In this document: positions 21,901 through 31,402 of the stretch, one piece after another
Layout of the letters: each line of letters begins with the position of its first letter
Position numbering within the stretch: the first letter of the stretch is position 1
Source: Bacteroidota bacterium
GTDB lineage: Bacteria > Bacteroidota > Ignavibacteria > UBA10030 > UBA8401
Reading direction: 5' to 3'
NCBI GenBank assembly: GCA_008933835.1
Contig: WBUG01000004.1
Coordinates: 27,005 to 91,004, forward strand
DNA length: 64,000 bases
Made by a program: the position numbers and the translations under genes
Notes under the pieces: generated by a model
The model's database searches: none
Told to the model about the DNA's origin: nothing
Seen by the model: only the letters and a program-made list of their open reading frames with translations

Positions 21901-22223
21901 GTGAGGACGGGCTCTATCAGCCGTACGTCGTTCCGAATCCCTACGTCGCCGCAGCGGCGTTCGAGCCGGAACGGTTCGCGGTCTCGGGCCGCGGCATCCG
22001 GCGCATCGAGTTCCGCGGACTCCCGTCCACCTGCACCCTCCGCATCTACACCGTGCGCGGGGAACTGGTGCAGACACTGCGGCAGGAGAACTCGCTGGAA
22101 GGATACCTCGCCTGGAACCTCCGCACGAAGGACAATCTGGAGGTCGCCCCCGGGCTGTACATCTTCCATGTGGACGGCGGCCCGCTCGGTGAGAAGACGG
22201 GCAAATTCGCCATCATCAAATAG
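18951..22223 (+). CDS. Very large secreted surface protein with Asp-rich Ca-binding-like repeats, an FN3-like module and a probable T9SS CTD
   Basis: Signal peptide (probable start at ATG 18972); DNDLDGITDE / DEDLDW / DTGVDGIFG repeats; the C-terminal ...GLYIFHVDGGPLGEKTGKFAIIK resembles a T9SS sorting domain. Confidence 0.5.
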   Translation: MYGDPPPMNSTPLFRTALALVLLAASAAAQPRPTVTPDRRGDLSYERTGQHDANNIRTEFLNYGMVGNYFGGDADFSVKHSMEVPKGSGTNYTDGATPFILARVIQNDATPKDIMLTGYRERQEGEPFGRWVMRFEPRPGYFQADPTINRGRSIAISNDSRTWPYQWYDKLTDVTDPGWKGSWYGYFGKRPAADQESFFVMDDNYYTNMSFNPDVRDVTRRGLATSMEVRGFQWSNPQAGNVLFYHYDVVNEGTTDYNDNIFFGIYVDSGVGGSTISCDGVYESDDDNAYFDPKSFGLNLNLTYTWDSHSTGVSLTSNCVKTGYLGYAYLETPGNPFDAKDNDLDGITDEKRDGGPGTLIQGANAIRTHVNANYNRTLFDTTYGALELQPAFGTEYWWTGDEDLDWTAEFDDTGVDGIFGTNDTGEKDGMPTAGETNFDRTDVDESDQIGLTGFKMNRIAAGQGASSTEVDGIVFYNNGIKNWPKLLYDMWTDPIEANRYSPPLVLNYNIGFFFTSGTFKLQVGKQERFSLALAYGGGLSELRTVVKVVQKIYVSNYQFVVPPLLPALTAQVDDRKVKLTWSDYSERSPDPVTKKLDFEGYKVYRSTDPDFNDIRTISNGQGTGKLPFGTPIAQFDLDNAYDGFSSITVDGVGYYLGENTGITHTFTDTTVKNGFTYYYAVVAYDHGDDNLGYYPSENAVTVSRTARGGTILPKNVVEVRPNPRASGFVEAAAGTVRKKNGSGTGSVAVNVVNSSDVPDGRTMLLRMKTIAPENVRADYYQLVDSASGTVYIERGSDFEATGKGEVGAGLIPLVSTIPNVQIDADNSGFLAGSQGTVRMNVTYALGAPSINHKRPGFPFDMEIEFFATSVDTSLPLNFLIPGRPVKYKVWALTPQGKLPLKTFFTDGSLSKDSTLNSPDDIMYIATDSAKQTWSVKVDTTAVTGAIVPPQPGDVYRIALRHPFADGEEFAFRTTGQRIDAAKAGEDGLYQPYVVPNPYVAAAAFEPERFAVSGRGIRRIEFRGLPSTCTLRIYTVRGELVQTLRQENSLEGYLAWNLRTKDNLEVAPGLYIFHVDGGPLGEKTGKFAIIK

Positions 22224-22241
22224 CCGACCGGGAGCGCACAC

Positions 22242-23255
22242 ATGAAAACGACCAATCTCCTCCTCCTCGCCGCCTTCCTGATGACGGCGGCCGTTCCCGC
22301 CGCGGCCCAGACCAACGTCGGCACCACGCTCGGCCAGTTCCTCCTCATCGAGCCGAGCGGACGCATCGGCGCCATGGGGAACGCCGGAACCGCCGTCACC
22401 AACGAACCGATGGCGGCCTACTTCAATCCGGCCGCGCTCGCGCAGCAGACCCTCATGGGGGCGCAGGTGACGCACAGCGATTGGCTGGTGGGCATCTCGT
22501 ACGACTACGCCGTCGTGAACGTGCCGGTCGGCACCGGCGCAGGGTTGATGCTCAACGTCACTTCCCTCCAGTCCGGCGACATCGACGTCCGGACGACGGA
22601 CCTGCCGCACGGTACGGGCGAGAAGTACAGCGTTTCAGACATCGCCTTCGGACTCGGATACGGCATGAAACTCACCGACCGTGTGGCGGTTGGTCTTCAG
22701 GCGACGTACATTACGGAGCGCATCTGGCACAGCAGCGTCTCCCTCTTCGCCATCAATTTCGGGACGCAGTACCAGCTCACCGACGGCGGCATCATGCTCG
22801 GAGCGAGCCTCTCGAATTTCGGCACGCGGGACAGCTATTCGGGCCGCGACCTCCGGGTCCGGTACGACCAGAACAAGGACGTCGCCGGGGACAACAGCTC
22901 GCTCCCGGCCGAACTGTACACGGAGGAGTTCGGTCTGCCGACCATCTTCCGCGTCGGCGTCACCGTGCCGGTGACGCTGGCCGAAGGGCACGAACTGCTG
23001 GCGGCGGTGGACGCCGTCCATCCCAATAACAACACCGAGAGCATCAACATCGGCGCGGAGTACACCTTTTCGCAGCTCTTCTCCCTTCGGGCGGGATATC
23101 AGAACCTGTTCGAGACCGATGCGGAAGTGGGGTACACGGCCGGCGCCGGCGTCCTCTTCGAGGCCTCCGGTGTCGACTTCCGGGTCGATTACGCCTGGAC
23201 GGAGTACGGACGCCTCCTCTCGGTCCAGCGCCTGACCTTGTCGTTCGCGTTCTGA
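22242..23255 (+). CDS. FadL/OmpP1-family outer-membrane beta-barrel (PorV-like)
   Basis: Signal peptide, then GRIGAMGNAGTAVTNEPMAAYFNPAALA matching the FadL/PorV N-terminal G..G.A....NPA.L motif; alternating beta-strand pattern; ends in F. Confidence 0.45.
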   Translation: MKTTNLLLLAAFLMTAAVPAAAQTNVGTTLGQFLLIEPSGRIGAMGNAGTAVTNEPMAAYFNPAALAQQTLMGAQVTHSDWLVGISYDYAVVNVPVGTGAGLMLNVTSLQSGDIDVRTTDLPHGTGEKYSVSDIAFGLGYGMKLTDRVAVGLQATYITERIWHSSVSLFAINFGTQYQLTDGGIMLGASLSNFGTRDSYSGRDLRVRYDQNKDVAGDNSSLPAELYTEEFGLPTIFRVGVTVPVTLAEGHELLAAVDAVHPNNNTESINIGAEYTFSQLFSLRAGYQNLFETDAEVGYTAGAGVLFEASGVDFRVDYAWTEYGRLLSVQRLTLSFAF

Positions 23256-23295
23256 ACGGCGCATCATCACGTAGCACAGGAACCACGAACCCCTT

Positions 23296-25716
23296 ATGAA
23301 CACCGATCCATCGCAGTCCGGATTCCCCTTCCGGTCGCCGTACGGCCATTTTGACGACGACGGCTGGAGCTTTCGCATCACCACCCCCCGCACTCCGCGC
23401 CCCTGGACCAACGTCATCAGCAACGGCTCCGCCGGGCTCATCGTTTCGCAGGCCGGCGGCGGGTACAGCTGGCGCGAGAACGCGCAGCTCAACCGCATCA
23501 CCCGCTGGGAGCAGGACCTCATCAAGGACGAATGGGGGAAGTTCCTCTACCTGCGCGACACCGCCACCGGACGGTACTGGTCCGCCGGATGGAAGCCCGT
23601 GTGCGCGGAACCGGAGCACTACCACTGCGTGCACGGCATCGGGTACACGCGCATCGAGAACCGCACGGACGGGATCGAGTCGCACTGGACGATGTTCGTG
23701 CCGGAGAAGGACCCGGTCGAGGTCTGGCTCGTGACCCTCACGAACCGCTCGTCCGTTCCCCGCACGCTCCAGGCCGTCACCTATTTCGAATGGAACCTCG
23801 GCGCGGCGCCGGACTGGCACCGCGAGTTCCATCGCACCTTCATCGAAACGTCGTTCGACCGCACGCTCAACGCGATGCTCGCCACCAAACGGATGTGGGA
23901 AGTGCCGTCGGACAAGGGGCATTGGAACCGCGACTGGGAGTACACCGCCTTCAACGGATGCTCGGACACGGTCGCGTCCTATGACGGTGACAAGGAATCG
24001 TTCATGGGGATGTACCGCAGCGAACGGAACCCGAAAGCGGTGGAGGAGGGACGGCTCGCACAGCGGACCGGCAACTGGCTCGACGCCGTCTCGGCCCTGC
24101 AGAGCGACATCACGCTGGCGCCGGGCGAATCGCGTACGCTCGTGTACACGCTCGGCGCCGCGAAGGACCGCGCCGAAGCGGCGCGGCTCGTGAAGCGGTA
24201 CGGCACCGTCGAAGGAGCGTCCGCCGCTCTGGACGGGGTCCGCACCATGTGGAAGGACCTTCTCACCCGGTTCGCCGCCCGAACGCCGGACGACACGGTG
24301 AACACCATCCTGCAGCCGTGGCTCCAGTATCAATCCATCGCGGGACGGCTCTGGGGCCGCACGGGGTACTACCAGACCGGCGGAGCGTACGGCTTCCGCG
24401 ACCAGCTGCAGGACAGCCAGATCTTCCTCCCGCTCGACCCGGCGCAGACCGCCGCTCAGATCCGGCTCCACGCACGGCACCAGTTCAAGGACGGCACGGT
24501 GTACCATTGGTGGCATCCGCTCTCCGAACTCGGCCACCCCACGGACATGACGGACGACCTGCTGTGGCTTCCATACCTCGTCGGCATCTACCTCGACGAG
24601 ACCGGCGATCTCTCGCTGCTCAAAGCGAAGGAACCGTTCGTGGACGAAGCGAAAGGGGCGACCATCTACGACCATAGCGCGCGCGCCATCGACCGCGTGC
24701 TGAAGCGTCTCAGCAAACGCGGGATCCCGCTCATCGGCGCCGGCGACTGGAACGACGGGCTCAGCGCCGTCGGCCTGAAATGGAAGGGGGAGTCCATCTG
24801 GCTCGGACAGTTCCTCCACCGCATCCTGCTCGACTTCGCCGTCGTGGCGGAACGGGCCAAGGACGCGCCGCGCGCCCGGAAGTACCGCGCGGCCGCGGTG
24901 AAACTGCGGAAGGCCGTCAACACAAAGGGATGGGACGGGAAGTACTATTACGGAGCGACGAAGGACAACGGTGAGAGGCTCGGCAGCGCCTCGTGCCGTC
25001 AGGGGAAGGTCTGGCTCAATACGCAGACCTGGGCCATCCTCGGGGACGTCGCCGATGCGAAGAGGGCGGAGCAGGTCTTCCGCGTGGTCGAGACCGAACT
25101 GGAAGGGAAGAACGGCACGCTGCTGGTGAAGCCGGCGTACTCGGTCCCCGACCGCGAAGTGGGATATCTCACCCGTTATGCGGCCGGCATGCGCGAGAAC
25201 GGCGGCGTCTACACCCACGCCGCCACGTGGTCCGTGCTCGCCGCCGCGAAGCTCGGCAAGGCCGAGGCGGCGCTCCGGCTCTTCTCCAAGATCAATCCGG
25301 TGGTGAACGGGTTCAACGCGGACGAGTACGTCGCGGAACCGTACGTCACGCCGGGGAACATCGAAGGACCCGACTCACGGTTCTACGGCAAGGGGGGCTG
25401 GACGTGGTACTCCGGTTCCGCCGCCTGGCTCTTCAAGGGGGCGGTGGAAGGGATCCTTGGCGTCAAGGCGTCGTACGACGGGCTCGTCGTCGAACCGTGC
25501 ATACCCTCCCGGTGGGACGGCTATACGGTGAAACGGACGTTCCGCGGCGCTGTCTATCATATCACGGTGGAGAATCCCGCCCGCGTGGAAGGCGGGGTCG
25601 CCGCGGTTTCGGTGGACGGCCGGACGTTGAAGGTCGCCGCCGGTTCCCGTGCGGTGCTCCTGCCGGTGTTCCCCAAAGGGACCGAACATCAGGTCCGCAT
25701 CACCATGGGTGAATGA
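23296..25716 (+). CDS. GH94 glycoside phosphorylase (cellobiose/laminaribiose/beta-1,2-oligoglucan phosphorylase family)
   Basis: Conserved GH94 block YQTGGAYGFRDQLQDS; about 800 aa; no signal peptide (cytoplasmic). Confidence 0.8.
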   Translation: MNTDPSQSGFPFRSPYGHFDDDGWSFRITTPRTPRPWTNVISNGSAGLIVSQAGGGYSWRENAQLNRITRWEQDLIKDEWGKFLYLRDTATGRYWSAGWKPVCAEPEHYHCVHGIGYTRIENRTDGIESHWTMFVPEKDPVEVWLVTLTNRSSVPRTLQAVTYFEWNLGAAPDWHREFHRTFIETSFDRTLNAMLATKRMWEVPSDKGHWNRDWEYTAFNGCSDTVASYDGDKESFMGMYRSERNPKAVEEGRLAQRTGNWLDAVSALQSDITLAPGESRTLVYTLGAAKDRAEAARLVKRYGTVEGASAALDGVRTMWKDLLTRFAARTPDDTVNTILQPWLQYQSIAGRLWGRTGYYQTGGAYGFRDQLQDSQIFLPLDPAQTAAQIRLHARHQFKDGTVYHWWHPLSELGHPTDMTDDLLWLPYLVGIYLDETGDLSLLKAKEPFVDEAKGATIYDHSARAIDRVLKRLSKRGIPLIGAGDWNDGLSAVGLKWKGESIWLGQFLHRILLDFAVVAERAKDAPRARKYRAAAVKLRKAVNTKGWDGKYYYGATKDNGERLGSASCRQGKVWLNTQTWAILGDVADAKRAEQVFRVVETELEGKNGTLLVKPAYSVPDREVGYLTRYAAGMRENGGVYTHAATWSVLAAAKLGKAEAALRLFSKINPVVNGFNADEYVAEPYVTPGNIEGPDSRFYGKGGWTWYSGSAAWLFKGAVEGILGVKASYDGLVVEPCIPSRWDGYTVKRTFRGAVYHITVENPARVEGGVAAVSVDGRTLKVAAGSRAVLLPVFPKGTEHQVRITMGE

Positions 25717-27323
25717 TGAAAAAAACGATCCTCCTCTTCCTGCTCATCATCACCGCCGTTGTGGCGGAGGCGGGACAGCCGTTGTCGTCCATCTCCGCAA
25801 CGGACAGCACCTTCCTGCGGATGGTGCAGCGGAAGGCGTTCGATTTCTTCTGGCTGGAGGCCAATCCGGCCAACGGCCTCATCAAGGACCGTTCCGCCTC
25901 CTGGGCGCCGAGCAGCATCGCGTCGGTCGGCTTCGGACTGTCGAGCATCTGCGTCGCGTCGGACTACGGCTGGGTGACCCGCACAGCGGCAGCGGACCGC
26001 GTGCTGACCACGCTGAAGACCTTCTGGAACGGTCCGCAGGGCTACGCTGCTACCGGCATGATGGGACGCATCGGCTTCTTCTACCACTTCCTGCACATGG
26101 ACACCAAGGTGCGCGAGTGGAACTCCGAGCTCTCCACCATCGATTCGGCGCTCCTCCTGGCGGGCATCATCCATGCGATGGAGTACTTCGACGGCGGTGC
26201 GCAGGCCGAGCAGGACATCCGCGCGTACGCCGACTCCATCTACCGCCGCGTCAATTTCGAAGCGGCGCGCAACAACGGCATCGCCCTCAACATGGGGTGG
26301 CATCCGGAGTCCGGCTGGCTGAACTCCTGGTGGATCGGGTACAACGAAGCGATGATCCTGTACATCCTCGCCCTCGGTTCGCCGACCTATCCCATCGAGC
26401 CCGCACTCTGGGACAATTGGTGCGGTGGCTATAATTTCTCGACGCAGTACGGTTACCAGTACGTCATCTTTCCGCCCCTGTTCGGCCATCAGTACTCCCA
26501 CTGTTGGATCGATTTCCGTGGCATCCGTGACAAAGCGATGACGCAGTACGGCCTGGACTACTTCGAGAACTCGCGCCGCGCCACGCTCGCCCAGCGGGCG
26601 TACTGCGACGCCAACCCGAAGGGGTTCGCGGCGTACTCGGACAGTCTGTGGGGCATCACCGCGTCCGACGTGCAAGGCGGCTATGCGGCGCGCGGAGCAC
26701 CGCCGGCGCAGGGCGACGACGGCACGCTCAATCCGACCGCACCGGGAGGCTCCATGCCGTTCGCTCCCGAGGAATGTCTGCAGGCGCTGAAGGCGATGTA
26801 CAACAACTACTGCACCGGCAGCGAGACGAGACTGTGGGGGCCGTACGGATTCCGCGACGCGTTCAATCCGGCGAAGAACTGGTTCGGCACGGACTACATC
26901 GGCATCGACCAGGGTCCTATCGTGCTGATGATCGAGAACTATCTGACGCAGCGGGTGTGGGAGACGTTCATGAAGAGTCCCTACATCCAGACCGGACTGC
27001 AGCGCGCCGGATTCACGAAAGTGACCGGCGTGAACGGCATGCCGGCCGCACCGCGGCGTTTCGGACTGCAGCAGAACTTCCCGAACCCGTTCAATCCCTC
27101 CACCACCATCGTGTTCGACCTTCCGTCCGAAGGACGCGTCCGGCTCACGGTGACCGACCTGCTGGGGAAGGAAGTGGCGATGCTGGCGGACGAACGGCGG
27201 CCCGCCGGAACGCACGAAGTGCGGTTCGACGCGGCATCGCTGTCGCTCCCGAGCGGCGTATACTTCTACACGCTCGCCGCGGGGGGAAGCGTCCAATCCC
27301 GCAAGATGGTGCTCACGAAATGA
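25713..27323 (+). CDS. DUF3131/GH144-like putative beta-glucanase with T9SS CTD
   Basis: Signal peptide; blocks shared with the next gene (MILYILALGSPT, FGHQYSHCWIDFRGI); C-terminal LQQNFPNPFNPSTTIVF CTD. Confidence 0.5.
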   Translation: MMKKTILLFLLIITAVVAEAGQPLSSISATDSTFLRMVQRKAFDFFWLEANPANGLIKDRSASWAPSSIASVGFGLSSICVASDYGWVTRTAAADRVLTTLKTFWNGPQGYAATGMMGRIGFFYHFLHMDTKVREWNSELSTIDSALLLAGIIHAMEYFDGGAQAEQDIRAYADSIYRRVNFEAARNNGIALNMGWHPESGWLNSWWIGYNEAMILYILALGSPTYPIEPALWDNWCGGYNFSTQYGYQYVIFPPLFGHQYSHCWIDFRGIRDKAMTQYGLDYFENSRRATLAQRAYCDANPKGFAAYSDSLWGITASDVQGGYAARGAPPAQGDDGTLNPTAPGGSMPFAPEECLQALKAMYNNYCTGSETRLWGPYGFRDAFNPAKNWFGTDYIGIDQGPIVLMIENYLTQRVWETFMKSPYIQTGLQRAGFTKVTGVNGMPAAPRRFGLQQNFPNPFNPSTTIVFDLPSEGRVRLTVTDLLGKEVAMLADERRPAGTHEVRFDAASLSLPSGVYFYTLAAGGSVQSRKMVLTK

Positions 27324-27348
27324 CCGACGTACGATCCGGAACGACCGC

Positions 27349-28740
27349 ATGATGAAGACCAGCACCGCCATGTTGTACACCCACCTCGTCCTGCTGCTGG
27401 CGCTCCCGCTGAGCGCGCAGCCGGCGAAGCAGTGGGACCCGTTCCTCGATACGCTGCAGCAGCGGACCCTCCAGTGGTTCCTCGATGTCACGCCGAAAGA
27501 GAACGGTCTCACGCCGGACCGGTGGCCCACCTTATGGTCCCCGGCGAGCATCGCCGCGTCGGGTTTCGCCTTTACGGCGTTCCCTGTCGCCGCGGAGCGC
27601 GGACTCATCTCCCGTGCGGAGGCCGCAGGCCGAACCCTGAATGCCCTGCGATACTTCCGCGCACTTCCGCAGAGCGCGGACCGCGTGAACACCGCCGGGT
27701 ACAAGGGTTTCTACTATCACTTCCTTAAACGGAGCGACGGCCTCCGGGAATGGAAGTGCGAGCTCTCCACCATCGACACCGGCCTGCTCATCGCCGGGAT
27801 GCTCTTCGCCCAGTCGTACTTTGACCGGTCGACGCCGGACGAGAAGGAGATCCGCGACATTGCGGACGAACTGTACCGCCGGGTGGACTGGCGCTGGGCG
27901 ATGGACGGACGCGCCGGCATCACGATGGGATGGAAGCCGGAGGAGGGGTTCCATCAGTGGATATGGTTCGGTTACACCGAAGCGATGATCCTGTACATCC
28001 TGGCGCTCGGTTCACCAACGCATCCCGTTCCCGAGAGCGCATGGGAGGAGTTCAACCGCCGGTACCTGTGGACGGAGCACTACGGGCAGGAACACCTCAA
28101 TTTCATGCCGCTGTTCGGACATCAGTACTCGCATGTGTGGATCGACTTCCGCGGCATCCAGGACCGGTACATGAAGGGGAAGGGGATCGACTACTTCGAG
28201 AACTCCCGGCGGGCCACCTACGTGCACCGCACGTATGCGGCGCAGAACCCGCACCGGTGGATCGGCTACTCGGATTCCATCTGGGGGATGTCCGCCTGTG
28301 ACGGACCGAAGGACACGTCGTTCGTGGTGAACGGCATCAGGCGGAACTTCCGTTCGTACTCCGCCCGCGGCACGGGGGCGGAGGAGGAAGTCGACGACGG
28401 AACCCTCGCACCGACGGCGGCCGGAGGCTCCGTTCCGTTCGCGCCGGAGATCTGCATCCCGGCCCTGAAGGCGATGCGCAACACGTACGGCGACCGGCTC
28501 TGGACGAAGTACGGTTTCGTGGACGCGTTCAATCCCACGTACATCACTCCCGCCACGCCGGACGGCTGGTTCGACACCGACTACCTCGGCATCGACCAGG
28601 GGCCCATCGCCCTGATGATCGAGAACCACCGGAGCGGTCTCATCTGGGAGACGATGAAGAAGAACCCGTACATCGTCAACGGTCTGCGCCGCGCCGGATT
28701 CACCGGCGGGTGGCTCGACCGGACCAACGCTAAACCGTGA
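27349..28740 (+). CDS. DUF3131/GH144-like paralog without CTD (periplasmic)
   Basis: Paralog of the 25713 gene (MILYILALGSPTHP, FGHQYSHVWIDFRGI); signal peptide; no sorting domain. Confidence 0.5.
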   Translation: MMKTSTAMLYTHLVLLLALPLSAQPAKQWDPFLDTLQQRTLQWFLDVTPKENGLTPDRWPTLWSPASIAASGFAFTAFPVAAERGLISRAEAAGRTLNALRYFRALPQSADRVNTAGYKGFYYHFLKRSDGLREWKCELSTIDTGLLIAGMLFAQSYFDRSTPDEKEIRDIADELYRRVDWRWAMDGRAGITMGWKPEEGFHQWIWFGYTEAMILYILALGSPTHPVPESAWEEFNRRYLWTEHYGQEHLNFMPLFGHQYSHVWIDFRGIQDRYMKGKGIDYFENSRRATYVHRTYAAQNPHRWIGYSDSIWGMSACDGPKDTSFVVNGIRRNFRSYSARGTGAEEEVDDGTLAPTAAGGSVPFAPEICIPALKAMRNTYGDRLWTKYGFVDAFNPTYITPATPDGWFDTDYLGIDQGPIALMIENHRSGLIWETMKKNPYIVNGLRRAGFTGGWLDRTNAKP

Positions 28741-28746
28741 CCCCCC

Positions 28747-31398
28747 GTGCACCGCAACACCTTCACGCTCGACCCGGCCGCATCGCGCACCACCATTTCG
28801 CTGAACGGCGAATGGCAGCTCGCCGGCGGTTCCGCCGCCGGACTGCCGGCGGAGTACACCTCGACGGTCCCCGTACCGGCGCTGGTGGACACCGCCGAAC
28901 CGCCGTATGAGTGGCGCTCCTGCGACCACCATTACCACCGCACCTTCTTCACGCTGCACGGCCTATCCCACGACGACAACGTCTTCCTCCGCATCGAACA
29001 GAGCATGTTCGGCACCGACGTATGGCTGAACGGCCGCCGGGTCGGCGGGACCATCGCCTGTTACACGTCGCATGAATACCACCTGAACGAGCACCTCCGC
29101 CGCGACGGCGTGAACGAGCTCGTCGTCCGGGTGGGGATGCGCGCCGGACTTCCGCCCGAGAGCGCCGCGGGGCGGGACCAGGAGCGCGAACTCTACATCC
29201 CGGGGATCTGGGGTGACGTGTCGCTCATCTGTACGAAAGGGGCGCGCGTCCGGCTGGTGCAGGTCATCCCGCACCTCGCCGAGGGCGCCGCGGAGGTCCG
29301 GGCGTGGGTGGACAACCTGCACTTCCGCCGCGAGGCGATGCTCATCTCCGCCCGCATCTTCGAGAAACGGTCGGACGAGGCGGTCTCCGCCATCCACGAT
29401 GCGGTGACGACGGCCGAGGATCACGGCGTCGCGGAGGTACGGTTCGTCATCCCCATCGACAACGTGGTGCAGTGGTCACCGGACCGTCCCTTCCTGTACG
29501 AGGTGGAGGTGACCGTGCAGGAAGGGGAGCGCGAACTGGACTGCCGCCGCGTCACCTTCGGCATGCGCGAGTTCACGGTGCGCGGAGCGGACTTCTTCCT
29601 CAACGGACAGAAAGTGCTGCTGCGGGGCGGGAACATCGCGTTCCACCGGTTCCTGTCCGACCCGCAGCGGAAGCTCCTCCCGTGGAACGAGGCGTGGATC
29701 AAAAAGGCGCTCATCGACATCCCCAAGGCGCATCACTTCAATTTCTTCCGCAACCACCTCGGACAGATGTACAACCGATGGTACGACATCGCGGACGAGT
29801 ACGGCATGCTCCTGCAGAACGAATGGCAGTTCTGGTGCGCCACCGGTACGGACGCGCAGATCCGCGCCGAGTTCACCGCCTGGCTGCAGGACAACTGGAA
29901 CCACCCCTCCATCGTCATCTGGGACCCGCTCAACGAATCGTCCGACGAGACCGTGCAGCGCGAGATCGTGCCGGCGATGAAGGCGCTCGATCCGACGCGT
30001 CCGTGGGAATCGGTGGACTTCCTGGAGGAGCATCCGTACATCTACTCCCTCGGCATGGTGCTGAACGACCGGAAGTTCGGTTTCGCCCGCGCGCTGGAAG
30101 AGATCGAACGGCTGCCGGTCCCCTCCATGCTCAACGAGTTTCTCTGGTGGTGGCTGAACGACCGGTGGGAACCGACCGTGCTCACGAAGATGATCGTGGA
30201 ACGCTGGCTCGGCCGACGGTACACCGCGGACGACCTCATCGAACGGCAGTCCTTCCTCGCCCATGAGCTCATCGGCCTCTTCCGCCGGATGCGGGTGAAG
30301 GCCATCCAGCCGTTCGTCTACATCAGCAACAACGACGGTCCGACCGCGCATTGGTTCCTGGGCGACATCAAGGACCTGACGCCGAAGCCGGTCCTCGCCG
30401 CGGTGAAGAACGCCTTCGCCCCCTTCGGCGTCAGCATCGAACTGTGGGACCGGCACTTCTTCTGCGGCGAACGGCGGGCGTTCCGCGTCTTCGTCTTCAA
30501 CGATTCCAATACGCTCCGCTCCGGCGTGTTGCGCTGGGGTTTCCGGGATGCCGGCGGCGACGTTCACGATGTGTCGATGCGGGAGGTCTCCGTTGCGCCG
30601 GTGTCGGACAGTGTCGTGGAAGTGTCGGTCCTTCTCCCGAACGCTCCGGTGAACGGCTCCTTGTTCGCGGAACTGTCGGAAGCGGGGACCGTGCCGGCCG
30701 TCAGCAGCGTCGCAGCGCATGTCTTCGCCCCTCCGCTCCTCGACGTTCCGTTGCGTCCGGTGATGTTCGACGATCCCTCCGGAGAGCTCGCCGGGTTCGC
30801 GGAGCAAGCGGGGGTGGACGTCCGCCCGTTCACGCCGGAGGGACTGGCTGGCGTCTCGGCGGTCATCGTCCACGGACATCTTCCGTCCCGAACGGCGCTT
30901 CTTGCCGCTCGGAACGCGCTGACCGAATTCGTCCGCAACGGCGGCACGCTCGTGCTGGTGGAGCCGGAGCACCGGGTGGTCGGCAAAGGGGAGGCGGAGG
31001 TCGTTGAGGGAGTGACCGTGTCGATGTCGCACCGCCCCGATACGGAGACCGGCGGGTATGATTCGTACGTCTTTGCGGAGGACCATGCGCATCCGCTCTG
31101 GTCTTCGCTGGAGCCCGACCATTTGAAGATGTTCAACGGTGCGTACGGCGGAGAAGCGGTCTCTCAGTACGATGTGGAACTGTCTCCGGAGCCGGTCCGG
31201 CTCGCATCGTGCGGCATGGGACTGAAAGTGACCGCCGCGTCGGAATCGGCGTACGGAGCGGGGCGCATCCTCCTGTACCGTATCCAGCTGCGCGGCCGTC
31301 TGATGCCCTCCGGACTGCCGGACACGCTCTTCGCCCGGCGTCCCGATCCGGTCGCCCAGCGTTTGTTCCTGAACCTTCTCACCACCGTAGCACAATAA
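28747..31398 (+). CDS. GH2-like glycoside hydrolase
   Basis: GH2-type N-terminal sugar-binding domain (LNGEWQL...YHRTFF...DVWLNGRRVGG...YHL) and NHPSIVIWDPLNE (cf. the GH2 WSIGNE block); probable GTG start. Confidence 0.55.
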   Translation: MHRNTFTLDPAASRTTISLNGEWQLAGGSAAGLPAEYTSTVPVPALVDTAEPPYEWRSCDHHYHRTFFTLHGLSHDDNVFLRIEQSMFGTDVWLNGRRVGGTIACYTSHEYHLNEHLRRDGVNELVVRVGMRAGLPPESAAGRDQERELYIPGIWGDVSLICTKGARVRLVQVIPHLAEGAAEVRAWVDNLHFRREAMLISARIFEKRSDEAVSAIHDAVTTAEDHGVAEVRFVIPIDNVVQWSPDRPFLYEVEVTVQEGERELDCRRVTFGMREFTVRGADFFLNGQKVLLRGGNIAFHRFLSDPQRKLLPWNEAWIKKALIDIPKAHHFNFFRNHLGQMYNRWYDIADEYGMLLQNEWQFWCATGTDAQIRAEFTAWLQDNWNHPSIVIWDPLNESSDETVQREIVPAMKALDPTRPWESVDFLEEHPYIYSLGMVLNDRKFGFARALEEIERLPVPSMLNEFLWWWLNDRWEPTVLTKMIVERWLGRRYTADDLIERQSFLAHELIGLFRRMRVKAIQPFVYISNNDGPTAHWFLGDIKDLTPKPVLAAVKNAFAPFGVSIELWDRHFFCGERRAFRVFVFNDSNTLRSGVLRWGFRDAGGDVHDVSMREVSVAPVSDSVVEVSVLLPNAPVNGSLFAELSEAGTVPAVSSVAAHVFAPPLLDVPLRPVMFDDPSGELAGFAEQAGVDVRPFTPEGLAGVSAVIVHGHLPSRTALLAARNALTEFVRNGGTLVLVEPEHRVVGKGEAEVVEGVTVSMSHRPDTETGGYDSYVFAEDHAHPLWSSLEPDHLKMFNGAYGGEAVSQYDVELSPEPVRLASCGMGLKVTAASESAYGAGRILLYRIQLRGRLMPSGLPDTLFARRPDPVAQRLFLNLLTTVAQ

Positions 31399-31402
31399 TA
31401 AC

